Shown: positions 52,540 through 64,000 of the stretch, one piece after another
How positions within the stretch are numbered: position 1 is the stretch's first letter
Layout: every line of letters begins with the position of its first letter
Source of the DNA: Anaeramoeba ignava BMAN
Lineage: Eukaryota; Protista; Anaeramoebae
Direction of reading: 5' to 3'
DNA: 64,000 nt
Assembly: GCA_028826165.1 (NCBI GenBank)
Contig: JAPDFW010000125.1
Coordinates: forward strand, 883,370 to 947,369
Made by a program: the position numbers and the translations under genes
The notes under the pieces: model-generated
What the model was told of the DNA's origin: nothing
What the model saw: the letters and a program-made list of their open reading frames with translations, nothing else
The model's database searches: none

Positions 52540-55500
52540 CTAATTTAATTTTTCTAATTGATTTTTCGCAAATCCATTTTCTGGATCAAGTTTTAAAACA
52601 AATTCAAACATTCCTTTTGCTTCTTCTTTTTCACCTTTTAGATTCAAAATGGTTCCTTTTCTTGTATAAGATTTAACGAATTTTGGATCGATTTGAATAG
52701 ATTTATTACAATCTCTTAAACCATAATCAAAAAGAGACAATTTAGTATAAGCAGCAGCACGATTACTAAAAAGAATAGGATTTTCAGGATCCATTTTAAT
52801 AGCTTCTGTATAAAATTCAAGAGCTTTTTCGAAATTTCCATCATTGAAAAATTCGTTCCCCTTTTTTTTTGCTTCTTCACTTTTTTCTTTATCAAAATGT
52901 TTTTTTTGGAATTCCTCTAATTCTTTCAAGTTTTCTTGAAGCATTTTTGAATTTGGACTCTCTTTCAATCCTTTTGTGAATGTTTCTTCTGCTTCTTTGT
53001 ATAATCCTTGGAGATATAAACTTGTCCCTAATCTATGATATCCTTTATCCCATTCTTTTTTGATTGAAATTACTTTTTTCGCGTCTTGTTCGGATTCAAT
53101 AAGTTTGTTTAATTTCAGGAAGGTTGCGCTGCGATTGCTGTATAAAATGTGATTGTTTGGATCTAGTTCGATTCCGCGTGTGAATAATTTTATTGCTTGT
53201 TGGTAATCTCCTTTTTGGAAAAATTCATTTCCTTTTGTTTTACATTGCATTGGCTTTATAAAATTATTAATAAAATCAATTATAAAATTAAATATAAAAT
53301 TATATATAAAATTATTTATAAAATTAATTATAAAATTATATATAAAATTATTTATAAAATTATTTATAAAATTATTTATAAATTTATTTATAAATTTATT
53401 TATAAAATTAAATATTAAATTATATATAAAATTAATTATAAAATTATTTATAAAATTATTTATAAAATTATTTATAAAATTATTTATAAAATTATTTATA
53501 AAATTATTTATAAATTTATTTATAAATTTATTTATAAAATTAAATATTAAATTATATATAAAATTAATTATAAAATTATTTATAAAATTATTTATAAAAT
53601 TATTTATAAAATTATTTATAAAATTATTTATAAAATTATTTATAAAATTATTTATAAAATTATATATAAAATTATTTATAAAATTATTTATAAAATTATT
53701 TATAAAATTATTTATTAAATTATTTATAAAATTATTTATTAAATTATTTATTAAATTATTTATAAAATTATTTATTAAATTATTTATAAAATTATTTATA
53801 AAATTATTTATAAAATTATTTATTAAATTATTTATAAAATTATTTATTAAATTATTTATAAAATTATTTATAAAATTAAATATAAAATTAAATATAAAAT
53901 TATATATAAAATTATTTATTAAATTATTTATAAAATTAAATATAAAATTAAATATAAAATTAAATATAATATTAAATATAAAATTAAATATAAAATTATA
54001 TATAAAATTATTTATTAAATTTATTATAAAAATTATTTATAAAATTAAATATAAAATTATTTATAAAATTAAATATAAAATTATTTATAAAATTAAATAT
54101 AAAATTATTTATAAAATTATTTATAAAATTATATATAAAATTATTTATAAAATTATATATAAAATTATTTATAAAATTATTTATAAAATTATATATAAAA
54201 TTATTTATAAATTTATTTATAAATTTATTATAAAATTATTTATAAAATTATTTATAAAATTATTTATAAAATTATTTATAAAATTATTTATAAAATTATT
54301 TATAAAATTATTTATAAAATTATTTATAAAATTATTTATAAAATTATTTATAAAATTAAATATAAAATTAATTATAAAATTAATTATAAATTTATTTATA
54401 AAATTAAATATAAAATTATTTATAAAATTATTTATAAAATTATTTATGAAATTATTTATAAAATTATTTATAAAATTATTTATAAAATTAAATATAAAAT
54501 TAAATATAAAATTAATTATAAAATTATTTATAAAATTTATAAAATTAATTATAAAATTAAATATAAAATTATTTATAAAATTATTTATAAAATTATTTAT
54601 AAAATTATTTATAAAATTAAATATAAAATTATATAAAATTATATATAAAATTATTTATAAAATTAATTATAAAAATTATATATAAAATTATTTATAAAAT
54701 TATTTATAAATTTATTTATAAATTTATTTATAAAATTAATTATAAAATTATTTATAAAATTATTTATAAAATTATTTATAAAATTATTTATAAAATTATT
54801 TATAAAATTATTTATAAAATTATTTATAAAAATTATATATAAAATTATTTATAAAATTATTTATAAAATTATTTATAAAATTATTTATTAAATTATTTAT
54901 AAAATTATTTATTAAATTATTTATTAAATTATTTATAAAATTATTTATTAAATTATTTATAAAATTATTTATAAAATTATTTATAAAATTATTTATTAAA
55001 TTATTTATAAAATTATTTATTAAATTATTTATAAAATTATTTATAAAATTAAATATAAAATTAAATATAAAATTATATATAAAATTATTTATTAAATTAT
55101 TTATAAAATTAAATATAAAATTAAATATAAAATTAAATATAATATTAAATATAAAATTAAATATAAAATTATATATAAAATTATTTATTAAATTTATTAT
55201 AAAATTATTTATAAAATTAAATATAAAATTATTTATAAAATTAAATATAAAATTATTTATAAAATTAAATATAAAATTATTTATAAAATTATTTATAAAA
55301 TTATATATAAAATTATTTATAAAATTATATATAAAATTATTTATAAAATTATTTATAAAATTATATATAAAATTATTTATAAATTTATTTATAAATTTAT
55401 TATAAAATTATTTATAAAATTATTTATAAAATTATTTATAAAATTATTTATAAAATTATTTATAAAATTATTTATAAAATTATTTATAAAATTATTTATA

Positions 55501-56378
55501 AAATTATTTATAAAATTATTTATAAAATTATTTATAAAATTAAATATAAAATTAATTATAAAATTAATTATAAATTTATTTATAAAATTAAATATAAAAT
55601 TATTTATAAAATTATTTATAAAATTATTTATGAAATTATTTATAAAATTATTTATAAAATTATTTATAAAATTAAATATAAAATTAAATATAAAATTAAT
55701 TATAAAATTATTTATAAAATTATTTATAAAATTAATTATAAAATTAAATATAAAATTATTTATAAAATTATTTATAAAATTATTTATAAAATTATTTATA
55801 AAATTAATTATAAAATTATTAATAAAATTAAATATAAAATTATTTATAAAATTATTTATAAATTTATTAAATAATTTACATCCTAAAAAAGAAATGAAAT
55901 TAAAATTAAAATTATTTATAAAATTATTAATAAAATTATTTACATTTGGAATTGGATCAACAGCATATTTTTGAACAGCTTGAGTTAATTTATTTATATC
56001 AGCACCAGGAAATTGAAATAAAAGTTTTTTATTAAGATAAAAAGAAAAAGTTGGCATTGCTTGAATTTTATAAGTTGCAGCAAGAAAATTCTGTTCATCA
56101 ACATCAACATGTAAAAATATAACATTTGGATATTGCTGACTTAATTTTTGATAATAAGGTTCAATCATTTTACAAGGACCACCTTTTAAAAAATAAACAA
56201 AAATTTTTTTTAATTAAATTTTTTATTTAGATTTTTTTTTGAATAGTCAGTTTTTTTTTGGATTGTTTTTTTATTATTTCTTACACCAATCTGCTGTCCA
56301 TTTAATTACAATAAGTTGATCAGGGGTATTTAAAATATTATCGAATTGAGTTGAACTTGTAATATTTTCAATACTCAT
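52540..56378 (-). CDS. Thioredoxin (WCGPC)-TPR fusion protein
   Basis: Exon 1 from ATG 56378 (...KWTADWC) and exon 2 (GPCKMIEP...QAMPTFSF...VDPIPN, ends 55944). Then a 3-nt exon GAT at 55882-55880, a 2.6-kb intron and a last exon from 53253 with Sti1-like TPRs (KGNEFF...YSNRSA; KGNEFF...FSNRAAAY). Confidence 0.82.
53260..55870. repeat. Intronic 12-bp repeat (TATAAAATTATT)n
   Basis: 2.6 kb almost purely A/T, with an internal duplication of about 1.18 kb. Confidence 0.9.
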
Positions 56379-56474
56379 TTTTTTTTTAGTTTTGAAAAGA
56401 AAAAAATGATCTTTGAAAAAAAGGAAAAAATTTTGTTTTTAAATTCGGTTTTTTTTTTTTTTAATTAATTTTTT

Positions 56475-59400
56475 TTAATTCAAATTTGATTCCCTCAAAA
56501 TTAAATCAATTATGGAATTGGGATTTAATTGATAAAAATCTTTTAAATCTAAAAACTCTTCTATAATTTCTTTTTTAATTTCTTTTGAAAATTTATCGTG
56601 ATAAAGAAAATAAATTAATTCTTGAATTGTTTCAAATGATTTTCTTGAATAATCATGAACTTGATTTGATGAATCTTGAACATTTAATTGAAACATCCCT
56701 TTAAATAACTCACTTCTTAAAATTAATATTATTTTATGAACTTTGATTTCTTTTTCTTCAACAATTATTGTAAAATCTTTGGTTTCATTTCTTTCATATA
56801 ATTTCCCAAAATCTTTAATTATTCCTTTTATTCCTTTTTTTTGATTTATCCAATTTGAATCAAATCCAATTTCTTTGAAAAATTCTGGAATTGGATTGAT
56901 TTCTTCTTTTGATTTTCTTCTGTTTTATTTTTGTTTTGAAACAATCTGCTCATACATTTCTTCAAAATTGACAAATCCTGTATAAAGAAAATTTATAGCA
57001 TTCTCAACCTCTGTTTTTGATTTCTCATGGCAAATATCAACAAACTTTTGCAAAATCGATTCATCGTTGTCGAACCGTGTCAAAAGAATCAGTTTATGCA
57101 CTTTGAATCTAGAAGAATCAATTGATTGAATTTGATAATCTGAAAAACACCATTTGATTTTAATAAATTGCTTAAATCTTGATTGAATGAATAAACTTGA
57201 GAGAATAATTGAATAAATTGTTTTTGAGATTTGATCTTCTTTTCAAATTGGAAGTAGTAGCTCCACTCATCAATAGTAATCGAATTAATATCCCATTTCC
57301 GTTCCGAATCGATGATGAAAGAGGCGATGAATTTTCATGTGTTAATCCATCGACATCAGCGCCATTATCAATGAAGTATTTGATAATTTCAAGTGATGAA
57401 TTCATATAACAAGCAAAAAATAACGCTGATTGATTTTGGTTTGTTTTCGCATGAATATCAGCACCTTTTTCAATTAAATATTGTATCGTTTGAGACTGAG
57501 ATTTGCGGCAAGCAAAATGCAAAGCGGTTTCATCTCTCGTAGTTTTTGCATTGATATCAACCCCTTTTTCAACAAAATATTTAATCACATCAAACGGTAA
57601 ACCTCTTAAACAAGCAAGGTGCAAAACCGTTTCATCTTGATTTGTTTTTGCATTAACATCAGCCCCCTTTTCAATCAGATATCGAATAAATTCAGTCGAT
57701 CTTCTTTGACATGCAAAATGCAAAATAGTGGAATTGTTGTTTGTTTTTGCATTAATATCAGCTCCCTTCGCAATTAAATATTCCACAATTTTGGGTTTTC
57801 GAGAATTTTCGAAGGCAGAATGCAAAGGTGTTTGGTTGCTATTTGTTCTTGAATTGATATCAATCCCATTTTCAATAAGATACTGAATAGTTTTAAGCGA
57901 TTTATTTTGACATGCAAAATGCAAAGTTGTGTAATCGCGATTTGTTTTTGCATTAATATCAGCTCCCTTTTCAATAAGATACTTGGTAATTCTAAACGAT
58001 GCACTTTGGCATGCATAATGCAAAATTGTTTGATCATGAATTGTTTTTGCATTCACATCAGCTCCATTTTCCACCAAATATTCCACAATTTCAAATGGAG
58101 AACTATTCTGACAAACAAAATGCAAAGCTGTGTAATTTATATTAGTTTGTGCGTTAACATCAACACCACTTTCAATCAAATATTTAACAGCATCCAAAGA
58201 TGGGTAATTATCACAAGTCAAGTGTAAAACAGTTTCATTCCTAATAGTCTTTTCATGGATATCAAGTCCTTTCTCAACGAAATACTTTATAATTTCTAAT
58301 GACACATTTTCCCACGAAGCAAGATGAAGAGCGGTTTGATTTTGACTTGTTTTCGCCTGAATATCGACCCCACTTTCAACTAGATATTTGACAAATTCAA
58401 GCGAATTATTGTGAAAAGCATAATGCAAAACTGTTTCATTTCCGTGATTTTTTGCATTAATATCAAGTCCTTTTCCAATTAAATATCTCATAATTTCAAG
58501 AGACGAAATATTTTGACAAGCTGAAAATAAGGCTGTTTCATTTTCACTTGTTTTCGCCTGAATATCAACCCCACTTTCAACTAGATATTTGACAACTTCA
58601 AGCGAATTATTTCGACAAGCGCGATGCAAAAATAGTTTCATCATTAGCTGTTTTGGCATGAATATCAAGTCCCTTTTCAATAAGAAATTTTACCACTTCT
58701 AACGAGTGGTATTGACAAACAAAATGCAAAGCTGTTTCATTTGCTCTAGTTGTGGCATGAACATCAATTCCATTTTCAACTAACAACCGTATAATTTCAA
58801 ACGATGGGTTAGTTTCACAAGCAATATGCAACGCAGTTTCGCCATATGTCGATTTTGTATTGATATCAAGTTGGTTCTCAATTAAAAATTCAACAATTTC
58901 TGGTGTGGATTTACTTTCACAAGCAAAATGGAGTATTGTTTCATTGTAACTTGTTTTTTCATTAAAATCACATCCCTTTGATATTAAAAATTTTATCATA
59001 TCTAATGATGTATTTTGGGAGCCAAAATGCAAAATTGATTCATTCCAAATTGTTTTCGCATTCACATCAGCTCCCATTTCAATAAGATATCTCATAACTT
59101 CATTTGAATTATTCCCACAAGCTAAATGCAAAGCTGTTCGATTTTGGTTTGTTTTTTCATTGACATCTAATCCCTTTTTAATGAGAAATTCAATAACTTC
59201 AATAGAGTTATTTTTACAAGCAAAATGCAAAGCTGTTTGATTTTGGTTTGTTTTTTCATTGACATCTAATCCCTTTTTAATAAGAAATTCAATAACTTCA
59301 ATAGAGTTATTTTTACAAGCAAAATGTAAAGCTGTTTGATTTTGATGTGTTTTTGCTTTAAGATCAAGTCCTTTTTGAATAAGAAATTCAATAACTTCAA

Positions 59401-60148
59401 TAGAATTATTTTGACAAGCAAAATGTAAAGCTGTTTGATTTCTAAATGTTTTGGCTTTAAGATCAAGTCCTTTTTCAATAAGAAATTCAATAACTTCAAT
59501 GGAATTATTCCCACAAGCTAAATGTAAATTTGTTTGATTTCTTTCCATGACTTCATTAAGATCAAGTCCTTTTTCAATAAGAAATTCAATAACTTCAATA
59601 GAATTATTTTGACAAGCAAAATGTAAAGCTGTTTGATTTTTAATTGTTTTTGCTTTAAGATCAAGTCCTTTTTGAATAAGAAATTCAATCACTTCAAGTG
59701 AATTATTTTGACAAGCTAAATGCAAATTTGTCAATTGATTTTTCGTAAAAGTGAAGAACCAAAAAGTCTTTTCATTCAAATCAAGTCCTTTTTCAATAAG
59801 AAATTCAATCACTTCAAGCGAGCTATATTGAAAAAGCTAAATTTAAAATTCCTTTTCCTTTTTGTCTTTTGCATAAATGTTAATATTTTGGGAAATTAAA
59901 AAATTAAGTGTTTCAATCCCTAATTTATTCATAACCGCAATATGTAATGCATTCATCCCTTTTTTATCCACTTGATTTTCATTTGTTCCTTTTGAAATTA
60001 ATAATTCAATCATTTCTTTGGAAACTTTTTTTTCAATTACAAAGTTTAAAATTGGTTTTTCGTTTTTCTCTAATTCTTTTTCTGAAATGAAATCAATTTT
60101 TTTCAATAATTCAATGTTATTTTGTTCAATAATTTGCCAGATATTCAT
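56475..60148 (-). CDS. Ankyrin-repeat + BTB protein (frameshifted in this assembly)
   Basis: More than 25 ankyrin repeats (TALHFACQNNSIEVIEFLIEKG), followed by BTB segments (SDYQI...VHKLILLTR; KDFTIIVEEKEIKVHKIILILRSELFKGMF). Frame breaks near 59830, 58640, 57200 and 56920. Confidence 0.8.
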
Positions 60149-60599
60149 TTTTTTTTTTTTGGAAATTTTTTCGAATTTGGAAAAGAGAAAAATGAAAAGA
60201 AAAAAATTTTTTTTCGATTTTAGATTTTAATTTTAAATTTTGAAATGAATTTGAATTTTAATTTGAATTTTGATTTTAATTTTAATTTAAATTTTAATTT
60301 TAATTTTAATTTTAATTTTAATTTTAATTTTAATTTTAATTTTAAATTTGATTTTGAAATGAATTTGAATTTTAATTTTAATTTTGATTTTGAAATGAAT
60401 TTTTATTTTAATTTTGATTTTGATTTTGATTTTAATTTTAATTTTGATTTTAATTTTAATTTTAATTTTAAATTTTAATTTTAATTTTGAAATGAATTTT
60501 AATTTTAATTTTAATTTTGATTTTAATTTTAATTTTAATTTTAAATTTGAATTTTGAAATGAATTTTAATTTTAATTTTTATTTTGATTTTGATTTTGA

Positions 60600-62337
60600 T
60601 TATTAAATTTCTTAATTAATAAATCAAATAAATTTGGATTTGTTTGATTTAATTGAAAATAATCAATTCCAATTTGAATTTCATCAATTATTTCTTGTGT
60701 AATTTGAATTTCATCTTTATTTTATTTGAATAAATCCAATATTCAAATAATTGAAATGATTTATTACTTAATTCACTATAATCTGTAACTTTATTAGATT
60801 TATCTTCAGTTACAGATAAAAACATTCCTCGATATAATTCACTTCTCATTATTAATATTAATTTAGGAAATTTATATTGTTTTTCTTTTCTTTCAATAAT
60901 AAAATCTTTTTCATTTTCATTTAAATAAATTCTTTTCATTGTTTCTTCAATTTTTTCATTTGAATTTATAATTTCTTTAATTTCGGAATATAATTTTGAA
61001 TTTATTATTCTGTTTGAATAAATCATTTCAAATATTTGATTGGATTCTTTAATTGATTTATTTGAAATAATTTCTTGAAGTTTTTCAATTTGATTTTGAT
61101 TTTGATTTAATCTATATTTCAATATTAATTTATGAGCTTCAATTATTTCTCCATTTTTTGTTTTAAATGAAATATCACAAAATTCTTTTCTTCTAAATAA
61201 TTTTATCAAATCTTCTTCGAGATTGGAAAAAGGAGAAAGAAAAGGAGAATAATAAAGAAATGATTTGAATTCTCCACAAGAAATATGATAATTGGAAATA
61301 TCTTCATTAAATCTTAATTTAGGAAGTTCGATTTGGTGGAATTCTTTGAATTTTTGTATCACCATTTCCCTAATTGACCATAATAATTATATCCAAAACC
61401 TATTAATTTTGAATTGGAAGTTAAAATCAAAGTATGATAATTTCCAACAGAAAATTCAAGAATATTATCATCATTTTTCAAATAAAGATGATTTGATTTC
61501 AGTAAATTCATAAGTATCTTCATTTTTGCCAAGTCCATTATATCTAATTATTCCACATGAATAAAGTTTTCTTTTTGGATTTTGATTTTGATCATCTTCT
61601 TCAATCAACATTATTGAATGAGAATCTGCACATTTAATATCAATTATTTTTGCCTTTTTGGAATATTTTGGATTTTGGTTAATTTTTGGTATTTGTGAAC
61701 CAACTGATTCTCCTAATCCAAGTTGACCATAATGATTATCACCACATCCAAATAATTCTTGATTTGAATTTAAAAAGAAAACAAAATATGAAGAATTTCC
61801 TGAAAATATTTTAGAAACATTTTTCATCATTAAAATTGGTTTTTCTGTTTTTATTAAGTGTTTAGAATCAAAACCAAGTTGACCAAAATAATTTGAACCA
61901 ATTCCATAAGCATTTTGATTTGAAGTTAATAAGTAAATTAGGAACCAGATCCAGAAACAATATCTTTAATTATTCTATCATTTGTATCTTCAATTAATGA
62001 TGAAATATTGATAAATTCATTTGGATTAATTTCTATCCCTTTTAAAATACATTTCCTTCTATTGTTAAAAATAATTTCATTTCCATCACCAACAGATACT
62101 TTTGAATATTTTCTTCAATTTGGATTTTTGAATGATTTTGAAATGAGTAATTTTTATTTGAATATTCTATTGCTTTTTCATTTTCAAAAAGGAAAAGCAT
62201 TGGTGAATAATTTCTGATGAAATTTGTTTAATTTGTTTTTCATTTTCAATTTCAAATTTAAATTGGTGGTTTTGTTATTATTTCTGTTTCATTTTTGATA
62301 AGTTCTGGTTATATTGAAACCAAAAACAATCATTCAT
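60600..62337 (-). CDS. RCC1-repeat/BTB protein, multiple frameshifts (sequencing errors or pseudogene)
   Basis: RCC1 repeats (YGIGSNYFGQLG, FGCGDNHYGQLGLG, LYSCG..YNGLG). The BTB part is nearly identical to 1-767. Confidence 0.75.
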
Positions 62338-63119
62338 TTTTGTTTTTATTTTTATTTTTAGCTTTTTGAAAAGAAAAATGAAAAATAATTTTTAGAATTT
62401 TTGATTTTTAATTTTGATTTTAATTTTAATTTTAATTTTAATTTTAAATTTTAATTTTAATTTTAATTTTAATTTTAATTTTAATTTTAATTTTAATTTT
62501 AAATTTGAATTTTGAAATGAATTTTAATTTTAATTTTAATTTTAATTTTTAATTTTAATTTTAAAATTAATTTTAATTTTAATTTTTAATTTGATTTTAA
62601 TTTTAATTTTAATTTTAATTTTTAATTTTAATTTTAATTTTTAATTTTAATTTTAATTTTAATTTAATTTTAAATTTTGATTTTAATTTTAATTTTGATT
62701 TTAATTTTGATTTTAATTTTGATTTTAATTTTAAATTTTAAAAATGATTTTGATTTTATTTTAATTTTGATTTTGATTTTAATTTTAATTTTGATTTTTG
62801 ATTTTAATTTTAATTTTAATTTTAATTTTATTTTTTAATTTTAATTTTATTTTGATTTTTGATTTTAATTTTTAATTTTGATTTTAATTTTAATTTTAAT
62901 TTTAATTTTAATTTTTAATTTTAAATTTGAAATGAATTTGAATTTTAATTTTGATTTTAATTTGAAATGAATTTAATTTTGATTTAAATTTAATTTTAAT
63001 TTTGAATTTTAATTTTTGAATTTGATTTTTTTAATTTTAATTTTGAATTTTAATTTTAATTTTTGATTTTAATTTTAAAATTTTAATTTTGATTTTTGAT
63101 TTTGATTTTTGATTTTGAT

Positions 63120-64000
63120 TATTAAATTTCAGTGCAATTAATAAATCAAATAAATTTGGATTTTTGTTTGATTTAATTGAAAATAATCAATTTCAGTTTC
63201 TAATTCATCAATAATTTCTTGTGTAATTTTCAATTCCATCTTTGATTTGATTTGAATCAATATTCAAATATTTGAAATGATTTATTACTTAATTCCACTA
63301 TAATCTGTAGCTTTATTTGATTTATCTTCTGTTACGAATAAAAACATTCCTCGATATAATTCACTTCTCATTTATTAATATTAATTTTGGAAATTTATAT
63401 TGTTTTTCTTTTCTTTCAATTATAAAAATATTTTTCATTTTCATTTTCATTTAAATAAATTCTTTTTCATTGTTTCTTCAATTTTTCATTGGAATTTATA
63501 ATTTCTTTAATTTCTGAATATAATTTTGGATTTATTATTCTGTTTAAATAAATCATTTCAAAATATTTGATTCTTCTTTTAATTGATTTATTTGAAATAA
63601 TTTCTTGAAGTTTTCAATTTCATTTTCATTTGATTTAATCTATATTTCAATATTAATTTATGAGCTTCGATTATTTCTCCATTTTCTGTTTAAATGAAAT
63701 ATTACAAAAATTCTTTTCTTCTAAAATAATTTTATCAAAATCTTCTTCAAGATTGGAAAAAGAAGGAGAATAATAAATAAATGAATTGGAATATCCAATA
63801 ATGAAGATGATAATTGGAAATATTTTCATTAAATCTAGAAGTTCAGTGCTTGAATCAATTAATTACATTGTATCTCCAGTTCCTAATTCGAAGGCTTGAA
63901 TTATTTAAACCAATCCTATTAATTTTTAGGATTTACAGATATTTAAAATCCAAGTATGATCTCCAACAGAATTTCTAAAGAATATTATCATCATTTCCAT
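63120..64000 (-). pseudogene. Degenerate RCC1-BTB copy (3' part)
   Basis: Aligns by eye with 60600-61480 but has many indels and no long ORF. It could be a low-quality consensus. Confidence 0.6.

Noticed and set aside
56900-62300. Frameshifts as programmed recoding or true pseudogenisation (also 2639-2644, about 13655 and about 15135)
   Set aside because: Those I could localise fall in A/T homopolymers and they increase towards the window end, which is typical of long-read consensus errors. This cannot be decided without reads.
1-64000. Alternative genetic code, inteins, transposase/RT genes, tRNA or rRNA
   Set aside because: TAA, TAG and TGA all terminate recognisable genes. No intein, mobile-element, tRNA or rRNA signature was recognised by eye.

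Overview
Extremely AT-rich, intron-rich eukaryotic (protist) genomic DNA using the standard code. The RCC1-BTB and ankyrin-BTB genes, microsatellite-filled introns and SCAR/WAVE suggest an Anaeramoeba-like amoeba (inference only). About 20 protein-coding genes can be read by hand: RCC1-BTB copies at both ends, PH-TBC RabGAP, TMEM145/GPR180-like, DNAJA-type co-chaperone, Afi1/AVL9-like DENN protein, RA-RA-PH protein, exportin-T, TMEM230, presenilin, SAP30BP, RPS4, ZFP36/TTP-like, TAF5, Bub2/Cdc16, SCAR/WAVE, thioredoxin-TPR and ankyrin-BTB. There is also a candidate box C/D snoRNA. The main discovery, invisible in the ORF track, is two tandem paralogous micro-exon genes (30575-33727 and 34248-37757). 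They carry 21 and 26 frame-preserving phase 2-2 micro-exons of 3-15 nt. Spliced together these encode metallothionein-like tails of about 40% Cys, each ending in a CaaX box (CSIF, CTIN). The arrays grew by tandem duplication of exon+intron units and look suited to combinatorial exon skipping. Several genes carry homopolymer frameshifts that are probably assembly errors. All gene models are manual GT-AG reconstructions without transcript evidence.
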